Of a stretch of 64,000 nucleotides of DNA, positions 1 through 9,524 are shown piece after piece (the stretch's first letter is position 1; each line of letters starts with the position of its first letter). The notes under the pieces were generated by a model. That model searched no databases. It saw only the letters and a list, made by a program, of their open reading frames with translations, and was not told the DNA's origin. A program made the position numbers and the translations under genes. Source of the stretch: Escherichia phage vB_EcoM_CRJP21; sequence record OQ708376.1; one strand, written 5' to 3'.

Positions 1-551
1 TGAATTATATGAAAGTAAAATGTGATGAGTTCAAAAAAGAAAGTAATATTGCTTTTAGTCTATATGGAACTCCAGCAGAGTCGCTTTGTTATAAATTTGC
101 ACGTTGCATTGAAGCAAAATATCCTTCAGTACTAAAACGTGATTACATCACAAATTCCTTCCATCAACCAGTATGGGTAGAAAGTTCTCCATTTGATAAA
201 TGGAGTTATGAAGAAGGGTTTGCTTACCTAAGTAACGGTGGAAATATCAGTTATGTTGAATCTCCAAACTTAGCAAACAACATTCAAGCACTTGAAACAT
301 TAGTTAACTATGCGTACACTAAGATACCATATTTTGGTATTAACCAACCAGTTGACCATTGTTATGAATGTGGCTTCCAGGGTGAGTTCAGTGTAGATAA
401 ACATGGTTTCCACTGTCCTGTATGTGATAATCGTAATGAGAAGACAATCTCAGTGATTCGTCGTGTTTCTGGGTACTTGGGTAATCCTTCTTCGCGTGGC
501 TTCAATAAAGGCAAGCAACAAGAGTGTTGTGAGCGTATTCAGCACAAATAA
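1..551 (+). CDS. nrdD: anaerobic ribonucleoside-triphosphate reductase NrdD, C-terminal fragment (5' end outside window)
   Basis: ORF open to window start; zinc ribbon HCYECGF...HCPVCDN followed by glycyl-radical motif RRVSGYLG. Confidence 0.8.
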   Translation, partial: NYMKVKCDEFKKESNIAFSLYGTPAESLCYKFARCIEAKYPSVLKRDYITNSFHQPVWVESSPFDKWSYEEGFAYLSNGGNISYVESPNLANNIQALETLVNYAYTKIPYFGINQPVDHCYECGFQGEFSVDKHGFHCPVCDNRNEKTISVIRRVSGYLGNPSSRGFNKGKQQECCERIQHK

Positions 552-559
552 GGTAAATT

Positions 560-892
560 ATGGATTTAAAGCCAATTGTGGTTAACAAATACAAAGAACC
601 GTATGATGTGTATATTGGACGTGGGTCTAAATGGGGAAACCCATTTACCCATATTAAAGATAAACAAACCAAAGCCGAGTTCATTGTTAGTACAAGAGAA
701 GAATCAATTGAAAAATTCAGAGAATACATTATTGAACGTATTTCTTGTGGAGAAGTTAAGATTGATGAATTACTTGAACTCGCAGGGAAACGCCTTGGTT
801 GTTTCTGTAAACCAAAATCATGTCACGGCGATGTTCTTGTCGAAATAGTGAGTGCAATATTAGATGAATTACCAGACGATAATCAAGGATGA
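560..892 (+). CDS. DUF4326-like small protein
   Basis: 110 aa with GNPF and CFCKPKSCHGD motifs as I recall for DUF4326; overlaps nrdG start by 29 nt. Confidence 0.5.
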   Translation: MDLKPIVVNKYKEPYDVYIGRGSKWGNPFTHIKDKQTKAEFIVSTREESIEKFREYIIERISCGEVKIDELLELAGKRLGCFCKPKSCHGDVLVEIVSAILDELPDDNQG

Positions 893-1334
893 TTTAGTAA
901 ATGGAGAGGGCGTTCGCTGCTCTTTATTTGTTAGTGGGTGTTCGCACGGATGTGATGGTTGCTTCAATGAAGAAGCATGGGACTACCGAAGTGGACAAGA
1001 GTTCAGTACTGAAACAGTTGAGATTATACTACAGGAACTAAAAAAACCATATGTTAGTGGTTTGTCACTTCTAGGCGGCGATCCATTAATGAAAAAGAAT
1101 ATAGATGAAGTTTTAAATCTATGCAAAGTAGTTAAAGAAACTTATCCTAGTAAAACTATTTGGTGCTGGAGTGGGTATACTTTAGATGAGATTATGAAAA
1201 ATCATGCTAAAGATATACTTCAGTACTTAGATGTATTAGTTGATGGTAAATTTATTGAGTCCGAAAAGAATTTAAAATTACCTTTCCGTGGTTCAAATAA
1301 TCAAAGAATACTATATAAAAATAAAGATTTTTAG
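864..1334 (+). CDS. nrdG: anaerobic ribonucleotide reductase activating protein NrdG (radical SAM)
   Basis: MNY...VNGEGVRCSLFVSGCSHGCDGC N-terminus with radical-SAM Cys cluster; length and layout match T4 NrdG. Confidence 0.85.
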   Translation: MNYQTIIKDDLVNGEGVRCSLFVSGCSHGCDGCFNEEAWDYRSGQEFSTETVEIILQELKKPYVSGLSLLGGDPLMKKNIDEVLNLCKVVKETYPSKTIWCWSGYTLDEIMKNHAKDILQYLDVLVDGKFIESEKNLKLPFRGSNNQRILYKNKDF

Positions 1335-1337
1335 CAT

Positions 1338-1360
1338 AAGCACCCGTTGGGTGCTTTTTT
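1338..1360 (+). terminator. intrinsic terminator after nrdG
   Basis: aagcaccc-gtt-gggtgctt hairpin followed by T-run. Confidence 0.7.
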
Positions 1361-1368
1361 ATTATGTA

Positions 1369-1376
1369 TATAAATA
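1369..1376 (+). promoter_or_regulatory. T4-type late promoter candidate
   Basis: exact TATAAATA 35 nt upstream of the 1411 start codon. Confidence 0.5.
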
Positions 1377-1410
1377 CATTAACTAATATCTAATTTATAA
1401 GGGATATATA

Positions 1411-4107
1411 ATGTCAAAGAAAATATATGGTGGCTTAGATGTCACACATAATGTGACAGTTAATGGTAAAAGAACAATTCAAGGAATAAATGAACAAGTT
1501 TTTGATTCCAACGGTAACTTGGAATTAGATACTTATTCCAGAGATGAAGTACTAGATATAGTAAGTATGATGCCAATCTCCCATTATGGTTCACAAAACT
1601 ATCTACCTGCGGGTGTATCTGGGGATTTCAATGGTGCATCAGAAAACCAGTCACAACGTAGAAATAAAATTTTATTAGAAAACGATGGTACACTAGTACT
1701 TTTACGTAGTGGGACAAACGGTAGTGTTGAGGGATTATTTTATTCATATTTGGCTAACGCATTATCAGTTGATGACATGAGCCGTACAATTAACACTAGT
1801 CGTCAATACAAGCCTGGGTTTTTTGGTTCAAATAGAGTTGCGATTGGTTTATACAATACTGATCCAAATATTTTACTCGGTAGATATATTGATACTTCTA
1901 ACAGTACTAATGGTTTGTTCATATCAATTACCAATGGTACATTAGATGATAAATTGCATACTGGTTTTTTCGTTAACCAAGCAGATATATCACCTGAAGG
2001 TGGTATTGAATATGCTATGATGGCAGAAGATGGTTCTATATATGTTTTTAACGTACTTAATGAAAATAACCAACTACAATTAGTTGTTGTTAAAGTTGTT
2101 TATAATATAAGCAATGGTACTTATACTGCAACTCGAATTACTGGATGGACTACAAAAACATTCTATAATACAACTTATTCTGCACAGAATAACATGGTTA
2201 TTACTAATCAAGTAACTTCAACTAATATAGCAGATAAGCCTTATGTGTATGTACCACAAAACCTACGTGGTATTGGGATTTATATGACATCCATTGATTT
2301 GTATGTTGCACAGCAACCAGGAACACAGAACTTTCGTTTTAGAATGAATGGTGATGCATGGTTTACAATGGCGACATATAATGTCCGACCACAACATAGC
2401 TACAGCTTTGCATTTAATATGAGTACTAAACAATGCACCCTAGACGCTGGGAATGACATAGGTTCATATCAAGCACCATTGGTTATAACCAATACTGGCT
2501 CTGCATTAGTGCCTACAGGTAACGTTTTAAATAATGATCCATTATATAATCATGCTGGTGCAAGAAACATTTATAGTTCATATTTTTATTTGAATTCTGG
2601 TGAAGCTTTTTGTACTGCATGTCCAAACTTAGCAGAACCATTACTTATGCAAAAAGCTAAGTTTCCTATTCAAATAGTTTATAGTATGCTGAATGTCCGT
2701 GCTGTACTTTCTACTGACTTCAAAGGTGGTATAGTTCGCCCGTCTTTTGGTTCAGCGGTTGGTTCATTTATTAATGGTGTAGAATTACTACCAGATAACA
2801 GTACTAAACAATATTCACGTGCATCAGGTAGTGGTGGATTTAGACCATCATATGCAGTTCATAAAAGTACTCCTAATTTTACATTTAAATCATTATCTTT
2901 AGGAACAATACAAGGTTATGAACCTACAGTTGAACGTGCTAATGTTGATGATAATGCAAATAATAGAATTTTTATTAGTAGTATTTCTGGGTCAACTGTC
3001 ACAACCAATGGTGGTATTTTTATGGTTGGGCAACGTTATTCACAATCATTATCCTATGATAAAAACTTAAATGGCACAGGAATTATAAGCGTTACACAAT
3101 CAGTACTGGACAATTTTAGAAATACTGAATATGCCAAAGTTCTAAGTGATTGGAATTTATCAGCACAAGCATACCGTGATATGACACTATTTGTTCCACA
3201 ACAAACAGACATTCCAGCTTTTGTTATGTTGAGTACAATTACTAATGATTATAGAAACTATATTAGAATTGCTGAAGTTAATGTCAATACTAGAGTTGGT
3301 AATATTACATCTATTACATTTAAGCGTTTAGTACTTGAGAATACGTATGGTGATAACTTTACACCAACTGGGAATGGTTCGATTGCATCTTCTTCTGTTG
3401 GTTTGACAATATATGATGGTGGTTCATTCTACTTCATTGGTGGTTCTGACCCATTATCACATCCAACAATAGGTAATACTGCAACTCATCAATTTAGAGC
3501 ATATGTAACTAAATCAACTGCACAATTTACAAGTTTTATAATTACTGGTTCTCATGCCAGTTATGAACAAGGAAGTCAACCAGCAGCGTTACCTGGTATT
3601 GGTTTTGGAATTTTTGAACCAATGGATTACTCAAATAAAATGACATTCAAAAAATATGGAACAACGATTGCAGACTATAATAACTGGACTGCACAAGGTA
3701 GCCCAATTAACGTAGTATCCCAGGACGTTGCTCAAGGGTTTATTGTATATTTTACAGAGGAAACACCAGTTATTCTTTCAGGTAAGTCATTTTCACTACC
3801 AGTTTCAAATATTGATTTGAGAACTATTAAGTCTAATCCAGCAAATACAACATTTTATGTATATGTTAAATTGGAACAAGGATTGGCAAACTATTACATA
3901 ACTACTGATGTTATTTCTGAAACAGGAACAACTGCATATAATATTTTTTGGATAGGTACAATTCAAACTAATGCAATTCAAATCGAAACAATTAATATAC
4001 AAAAACGTTCCCGTTTAGATATATTTGGTGCTTCACTTGAATCAGCAGGTTCATCGTTCCCAGTTAGCTACGGTCTACCATCACAAACAGGAACCATAAA
4101 CTGGTAA
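1411..4107 (+). CDS. large paralog A (898 aa), probable virion or fibre-like protein
   Basis: shares N-terminal module (LRSGTNGS) and C-terminal module ending GSSFPVSYGLPSQTGTINW with the next two ORFs; late-promoter-like element upstream. Confidence 0.6.
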   Translation: MSKKIYGGLDVTHNVTVNGKRTIQGINEQVFDSNGNLELDTYSRDEVLDIVSMMPISHYGSQNYLPAGVSGDFNGASENQSQRRNKILLENDGTLVLLRSGTNGSVEGLFYSYLANALSVDDMSRTINTSRQYKPGFFGSNRVAIGLYNTDPNILLGRYIDTSNSTNGLFISITNGTLDDKLHTGFFVNQADISPEGGIEYAMMAEDGSIYVFNVLNENNQLQLVVVKVVYNISNGTYTATRITGWTTKTFYNTTYSAQNNMVITNQVTSTNIADKPYVYVPQNLRGIGIYMTSIDLYVAQQPGTQNFRFRMNGDAWFTMATYNVRPQHSYSFAFNMSTKQCTLDAGNDIGSYQAPLVITNTGSALVPTGNVLNNDPLYNHAGARNIYSSYFYLNSGEAFCTACPNLAEPLLMQKAKFPIQIVYSMLNVRAVLSTDFKGGIVRPSFGSAVGSFINGVELLPDNSTKQYSRASGSGGFRPSYAVHKSTPNFTFKSLSLGTIQGYEPTVERANVDDNANNRIFISSISGSTVTTNGGIFMVGQRYSQSLSYDKNLNGTGIISVTQSVLDNFRNTEYAKVLSDWNLSAQAYRDMTLFVPQQTDIPAFVMLSTITNDYRNYIRIAEVNVNTRVGNITSITFKRLVLENTYGDNFTPTGNGSIASSSVGLTIYDGGSFYFIGGSDPLSHPTIGNTATHQFRAYVTKSTAQFTSFIITGSHASYEQGSQPAALPGIGFGIFEPMDYSNKMTFKKYGTTIADYNNWTAQGSPINVVSQDVAQGFIVYFTEETPVILSGKSFSLPVSNIDLRTIKSNPANTTFYVYVKLEQGLANYYITTDVISETGTTAYNIFWIGTIQTNAIQIETINIQKRSRLDIFGASLESAGSSFPVSYGLPSQTGTINW

Positions 4108-4118
4108 AGGATTACATA

Positions 4119-4706
4119 ATGGCATATAAAATAAGAGCAGACCTTAAGGCAATGCAACAAGTTACAGTTCAGGGTAAAAGTACTGGTCTTGGTGTATTAG
4201 GTAATAATATGACTTATTACCCAACAAATTCAAATGGGGAATGTACATTCCCCTCTATTACCAAAGATGAAGTTAACTTTATTGTCAATGGATTACCACT
4301 TACACAATACGGAGAATTGTATGATGACGCTAGTCTAAATATTACTTCATCAGGCTATAGTCTTACATTTAATAGACAGATACCATCATTTATTGGTGGT
4401 TATCTTTATAAATTTCCAGCAGTTTCTATTTTTGCTTCAACTGTTTCATCTGGAACACAAACACAATACGTATATGCAACGTTAGTTCTCGGTGAACCAA
4501 TTTATAAAATATCACCAACACAAATACAAGAATCTGAAATTATAATGTTTATTGGAACACTGACCGTTGGTACAAGTGGTATTACAAATATAAACATTAA
4601 TAAAGTATCCAGATTTAGTACATATAGACCTAGTGTTACACAAAAAGGTTCTTCATTCCCAGTCAGTACTGGAAAACCATCAGAAACTGGTACAATTGGT
4701 TGGTAA
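4119..4706 (+). CDS. short paralog B (195 aa) of the same family
   Basis: N-terminal and C-terminal modules of the family without the central region; ends GSSFPVSTGKPSETGTIGW. Confidence 0.55.
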   Translation: MAYKIRADLKAMQQVTVQGKSTGLGVLGNNMTYYPTNSNGECTFPSITKDEVNFIVNGLPLTQYGELYDDASLNITSSGYSLTFNRQIPSFIGGYLYKFPAVSIFASTVSSGTQTQYVYATLVLGEPIYKISPTQIQESEIIMFIGTLTVGTSGITNININKVSRFSTYRPSVTQKGSSFPVSTGKPSETGTIGW

Positions 4707-4722
4707 ATTAAGGAAAAGAAAG

Positions 4723-7452
4723 ATGTCATCAAAACGAATTATAGGAAGTGCCGAGATCCTTGGGAACTTGGCAATTGGACAAAGGTACGCTATGCGTACT
4801 TTTAATGGAACCTCACCGAATGCCAATACTGGAATTGTTCAATATCCAATATATAAGCGTTCAGAAGTTCAAAGTATTTTAGATATGTTGCCTATATCAC
4901 GTGTAGGAGAAATGGATTACTTGCCATTAAACGTAAGTGGGTCGTATGAAGGTGCTACACCTATGTCAAGTGACCAAGTAGTTCAGCCAACAATTATTGA
5001 AGATGATGGAACCGCCGTTGTTCTGCGTAGCGGAACCAATGGTAGTACTAAAGGTTTTTATTATTCATTTATACGAGAACTCCGAAATATAACTATGATT
5101 TCACAAGAAAGTGTTATTTCCACCAATTCAATGTATAAACCTTCAATTATGAGTAGTACTGAAAATATTAAGTATTTTATTGGCTCTAATGGTTATGAGA
5201 TGCTTGGATGTTTAAGTACAGAAGATAATTATATTTTCACTTTAACAAATGGTACATTCAACGAAATTTCACATATTCACGCTAAAGTTCCAAGTACATC
5301 ATTTGGAAATGATATGCCATTATACGTTCATATTGTAGGTTCTAAAGTATATATTTGGTGTAAAGATAAAAGTGTTTCTAATTTAGGATTAGCACTTTCA
5401 ATTTATACAGTAGAGCTAAGTGATGTGAAAGCAAGCTCAATGGCATCATTAACAAAAGTTACTGGATTATCAGGGCAAACTGTTCGAAATACAAGTTATT
5501 CTGCATCTAATAACATAAGAGTGTTTGATAGATTATATAGTGTTGGTACTAGCTCGGATTCATTATTCGAAGTTACATCACCAGTCTCACGTGTAGAATT
5601 TTCGGATTATACAGACTTTAATATACAAGCAAACGTTAGTACTGATTTATCCAAAATACGTGTAACTTTATACCCAACACATAGAATGGTTACACCTTTA
5701 TATATTTCAACAGTGTATGGTACTGGTATCAGTTTTGTTTATAATATAAACTCAAAATCTATGTCACTAGATGGTTCTGCTCGTGCTCCTGCGACAGTTT
5801 CATATAATAATGGCTTCCAAGTTACAAACCCATTTGAAATAGATATGGTAAACTTTACTGGAACAACAGCTACCGGAGTTTTAGGTAATGCTGGTGGGTT
5901 ATGTCAAACAAAAGATGGTCTTGTATTTGCATCTAAATTCAGATGGAGTTCTACTGAATTTTATGGTTTACAAAGATATAAAGTTAATGGTACACCATTT
6001 GATTCATGGGTAGCCAGTACTAGATCCGCAAGTAACGTTATAAATACAAACGTTTTACCAGTTTTTGGTAGTGCTGTTGGTGCAAACCTATTAGGTGTAC
6101 GTTTCATCGATAATAGAAAAATATTATTAGCATGTTCTGGTACGTATGATGATGTAACATATAATTATAATAATACTGTTTTTTCTGAAATAGGCCCACA
6201 ACCAACATATCAATATAACTCAGTTCAACATAATACTACATTAAATGGTTTTGCACCACAATCTAATCGTAAACAAATAGGTGATGATTTTACATACACT
6301 GCTATGATTTCTCTTGTTGATACCGATGGTAGTGTTAGATGTTATGGAACATCATTCATTGAAGGTGTATATAAAACAAGTGGTGGATTATTAAACCCAG
6401 ATACTTTAGAATTTGATGAAACATATACAATAGAACCAACGGTATTAGAATCATTAAAACAAGATATTTTTGCTAATCTAGGAAACTCTGGCATTGTTGG
6501 TACACTATCTGGACAAATTGTATTATATTATGTACCTGATAATACTTTTTCTAAATCCATTGCAGTAGTTTCAGCATATAATCTTAACAATAACCAAGGT
6601 TATGCAATTTATGCCGAAGTTGATGTTGTATTATCTGGATCTAACATAACTTCAGCTACATTGGTAAGTACTAGATATGAGACACTTAGTTCTGTTACAG
6701 GAATTATTACTGAAGCATATATGAAACGTTGTACTGGTCTAACAGTTGCTAAATATTCAGGATTTGGTTATATTGGTGTTGATGCAGTTCATCAATTTTC
6801 ACAACCAGGTAATGCACAATTTAAGATGATGATAGCTAAAACAGTAAATGGTGTCATAACATCAAATCGTTTTTTATCATCTAGTTACATCCAACTCGGT
6901 GCAGCATATCAACATGGTGTTATTCCTGGTGTTGGTTTTGGATATTACAATTTTCAAGATTCTGACTATCAAACCAAATCTGTATTCAGCGTTTTTGGTA
7001 CAACATCTGCTGAAATGGATGGTTTAATTAGCGGAAATGGTAGCGTTAAAGAAAAGATTGTGGTAGTATCACAAGACGTTGCACAAGGATTCTCAGTGTA
7101 CTTTACACGTGAAGTTCCGGTATTTTTAGGTGGAATTTTCGACAGACTACCTATACAAAGTGTAGATTTAAGTACTGTAAAAAATAATCCAGCTAATACT
7201 ACGTTCTATTTGTATATACAAATGAACAGGAATACTAAGAAAGCTTCATATGTTATTAGTACTGAAACTATTGATGAATCTTTAACTAGCACTTACATTG
7301 GTAAGATAGTTACTGGAACTTCAGGAATTACTTCGATTGATACTGAAAAAGTGACTCGTTTTTTGACATATCGCCCAAGTACAACGAAACGTGGTTCAGC
7401 GATACCTGCCAGTACTGGTGTACCGTCTGGGTCAGGCACACGTTGGAAATAA
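4723..7452 (+). CDS. large paralog C (909 aa) of the same family
   Basis: ATG at 4723 after aaggaaaag RBS (track ORF begins 4633); shared N- and C-terminal modules, ends GSAIPASTGVPSGSGTRWK. Confidence 0.6.
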   Translation: MSSKRIIGSAEILGNLAIGQRYAMRTFNGTSPNANTGIVQYPIYKRSEVQSILDMLPISRVGEMDYLPLNVSGSYEGATPMSSDQVVQPTIIEDDGTAVVLRSGTNGSTKGFYYSFIRELRNITMISQESVISTNSMYKPSIMSSTENIKYFIGSNGYEMLGCLSTEDNYIFTLTNGTFNEISHIHAKVPSTSFGNDMPLYVHIVGSKVYIWCKDKSVSNLGLALSIYTVELSDVKASSMASLTKVTGLSGQTVRNTSYSASNNIRVFDRLYSVGTSSDSLFEVTSPVSRVEFSDYTDFNIQANVSTDLSKIRVTLYPTHRMVTPLYISTVYGTGISFVYNINSKSMSLDGSARAPATVSYNNGFQVTNPFEIDMVNFTGTTATGVLGNAGGLCQTKDGLVFASKFRWSSTEFYGLQRYKVNGTPFDSWVASTRSASNVINTNVLPVFGSAVGANLLGVRFIDNRKILLACSGTYDDVTYNYNNTVFSEIGPQPTYQYNSVQHNTTLNGFAPQSNRKQIGDDFTYTAMISLVDTDGSVRCYGTSFIEGVYKTSGGLLNPDTLEFDETYTIEPTVLESLKQDIFANLGNSGIVGTLSGQIVLYYVPDNTFSKSIAVVSAYNLNNNQGYAIYAEVDVVLSGSNITSATLVSTRYETLSSVTGIITEAYMKRCTGLTVAKYSGFGYIGVDAVHQFSQPGNAQFKMMIAKTVNGVITSNRFLSSSYIQLGAAYQHGVIPGVGFGYYNFQDSDYQTKSVFSVFGTTSAEMDGLISGNGSVKEKIVVVSQDVAQGFSVYFTREVPVFLGGIFDRLPIQSVDLSTVKNNPANTTFYLYIQMNRNTKKASYVISTETIDESLTSTYIGKIVTGTSGITSIDTEKVTRFLTYRPSTTKRGSAIPASTGVPSGSGTRWK

Positions 7453-7459
7453 TTTTAAA

Positions 7460-7486
7460 GCTCGTCTATTGACGGGCTTTTCTTTT
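7460..7486 (+). terminator. intrinsic terminator
   Basis: gctcgtc-tatt-gacgggc hairpin (one G-U pair) plus ttttctttt. Confidence 0.6.
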
Positions 7487-7497
7487 ATGTGTATAAT
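7469..7497 (+). promoter_or_regulatory. sigma70-type early promoter
   Basis: TTGACG, 17-nt spacer, TATAAT; overlaps the terminator hairpin. Confidence 0.65.
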
Positions 7498-7519
7498 TGA
7501 ATAAAAATAGGAGGAAATT

Positions 7520-8086
7520 ATGGTTAAATCTTTGCTACCACCACCAAAACGTCATAAAATCAAAGAAATGAAAGAACAACGTACATTAAAGATGTACAAC
7601 AATTTAGTTCAGTTACTGTGTAAAAGTCCATCGCTCAAAGCAGAGTTTAAAACTGATGATGACCGCAAAGCACTAATTGAGATGAAGTATATGCTCAGTA
7701 AAATGTCCTTTTACAAATTTGTAAAAGAATACACAACTGACCCATTTAGTCCTCGTTGGAGATCCAAACCAAGAGAGTATTTTTACGGTGGTTCATATAC
7801 GGATCGCATTCAAGACACAGTGATGGGAGTTGAATTTGAAATCGATTATGAGCCGAATGGTGTGGAAAGCTGGCCGATTGAGAAACGTTTACCAAGTGAA
7901 GAAGAAATTTATGTTTATGCAAGAAAACTTTCAAATTTCAGTTCAAGAATTACTCTAGGCAATTTAGATTCATTTATTATTTTCTATACACGTGTTGGTG
8001 TAGATAAAATGGTAACTAAACTCAATGAACTTTCATTACAACAAAAACAGATTAATGCATACAAAGACATTACTGATTTATACTAA
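7520..8086 (+). CDS. hypothetical protein, tandem paralog 1 of 3
   Basis: AGGAGG RBS; shares D-D-R-K-x-L-I-E-x-K-Y-x-L-S-K block with the next two ORFs. Confidence 0.6.
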   Translation: MVKSLLPPPKRHKIKEMKEQRTLKMYNNLVQLLCKSPSLKAEFKTDDDRKALIEMKYMLSKMSFYKFVKEYTTDPFSPRWRSKPREYFYGGSYTDRIQDTVMGVEFEIDYEPNGVESWPIEKRLPSEEEIYVYARKLSNFSSRITLGNLDSFIIFYTRVGVDKMVTKLNELSLQQKQINAYKDITDLY

Positions 8087-8098
8087 TGAGGAATGGAT

Positions 8099-8614
8099 AT
8101 GTTTTTTGGATCAGTTGGAAAACAAAACAGTACTTTAATTTGGCATGAAATTATCTTTAAAATTATATCTAAAAGCTACTCACTAAAGGATATTATTACC
8201 ACAGATAATGATAGACGTATCCTGTTAGATGCAAAATATAAATTGAGCAAACACCCTTTACTTTCTTTAATCATTGATTACGTTTGTGATTATGAATCTA
8301 GTCGTTGGAAGTGGGAAGACGGCGGTTTATTTCGTGGAAAAACATTCTACGGTGCGGAACGATATGTTTTCAGTGATACATCAAATGGCGTTAAGTTTGT
8401 TATTAGAAACTTTAACTCCAAAGAAAATGATTATCTTGAAAGTGGAGTGAAAGTATATATCGATAATAATAGCAATGTACTAACATATGACGAATCACTA
8501 ATTATGTTACAAATAATGCGTGGTGTTGAAGGTGTAAGAAACAACCTTACTAAATTGAAAATCCAGCAAAATGATATACATAATAGACAGAAAATTAAGG
8601 GTTTATATAAATGA
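8099..8614 (+). CDS. hypothetical protein, tandem paralog 2 of 3
   Basis: ATG 6 nt after GAGGA; shared motif NDRRILLDAKYKLSK. Confidence 0.6.
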   Translation: MFFGSVGKQNSTLIWHEIIFKIISKSYSLKDIITTDNDRRILLDAKYKLSKHPLLSLIIDYVCDYESSRWKWEDGGLFRGKTFYGAERYVFSDTSNGVKFVIRNFNSKENDYLESGVKVYIDNNSNVLTYDESLIMLQIMRGVEGVRNNLTKLKIQQNDIHNRQKIKGLYK

Positions 8615-9120
8615 TTTCATTTTTCAAAAAGAAACAAAAAGTTGATGAAACCGGATTAGAATCGTTTCTATGGACTCTTATCATCAAAAAAAGTCCATTG
8701 ATAAAAGAATATGCTATCAATGATGCTAATAGAAAAACTATCATTGAATACAAATATGAATTATCTAAATGTGATCCAATTGTTTATCACTTTGCGAAGT
8801 ACTGTTCAAAAAATTTATCGGATATCACAATCTACCACGAGTCAGTCCCAATGAGTTTTCCTTATGGTGATTGGGTAGATACTTTTGATATTTTTGATGG
8901 GTCAAATGGTTTCAGTTTCTTTTACTCGTCAAATAAAGCAAGTGTTCGTATTAAAACAGACATAGGTTGGACAAAGCATAGCTCAAATAAAGAAGATTAT
9001 AATTTATTAGCTGACGTATACCGAAGTGTGAAGAATTCAAAGGATATTGATGAAAGAATTAAAAAGCAAAATCGTATATCTTTATCACTTGAAACATACA
9101 AGTCAAAGTATGGTGGTTAA
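8611..9120 (+). CDS. hypothetical protein, tandem paralog 3 of 3
   Basis: ATGA overlap with upstream stop; shared motif NRKTIIEYKYELSK. Confidence 0.6.
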   Translation: MISFFKKKQKVDETGLESFLWTLIIKKSPLIKEYAINDANRKTIIEYKYELSKCDPIVYHFAKYCSKNLSDITIYHESVPMSFPYGDWVDTFDIFDGSNGFSFFYSSNKASVRIKTDIGWTKHSSNKEDYNLLADVYRSVKNSKDIDERIKKQNRISLSLETYKSKYGG

Positions 9121-9122
9121 CT

Positions 9123-9524
9123 ATGACTACAGTTGATGATATCTATAGCACTATACGCAATATGAGTACAGATAGAAAAGTATTTGGCGATAAAGAAAAA
9201 TCTAAGTGTTATGGTATTGATTCTTTTGATATAATTTCTTATGAGTACAATACAAGTGGAAATAGTTCACTGAATATCGTCTGTCCTCGTGATCCAGAAA
9301 ATAATTTTATGTATGTTGAAATTAATAATGATGGAATGTTTTTTACAAAAGTTTTAAAAGGTGGAATTAATTACGAACCTATTGAATGTATGAATGAAGA
9401 AACTTTCTTTCAAGAAGATACAATTATCAATTTAGGTTTTAGTTTTGATGATTATAAAACATTAGAACATGACTTTAATCGTTATTATAATGGTTTCTTA
9501 AAGGAGTTAACAATTTATCTATGA
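9123..9524 (+). CDS. hypothetical protein
   Basis: 133-aa ORF tightly packed between neighbours. Confidence 0.5.
   Translation: MTTVDDIYSTIRNMSTDRKVFGDKEKSKCYGIDSFDIISYEYNTSGNSSLNIVCPRDPENNFMYVEINNDGMFFTKVLKGGINYEPIECMNEETFFQEDTIINLGFSFDDYKTLEHDFNRYYNGFLKELTIYL

Noticed and set aside
576-848. Alternative-frame ORFs nested in annotated genes (576-848, 31618-31824, 26826-27044, 42909-43193, 45738-45965)
   Set aside because: Each lies wholly inside a longer ORF with recognisable motifs in the other frame.
3805-4002. Short antisense ORFs of 60-150 aa opposite plus-strand genes (3805-4002, 7746-7934, 11463-11802, 26355-26870, 37577-38029, 40175-40492, 41832-42026)
   Set aside because: Embedded antisense in well-supported genes, no start signals; expected by chance at this length.
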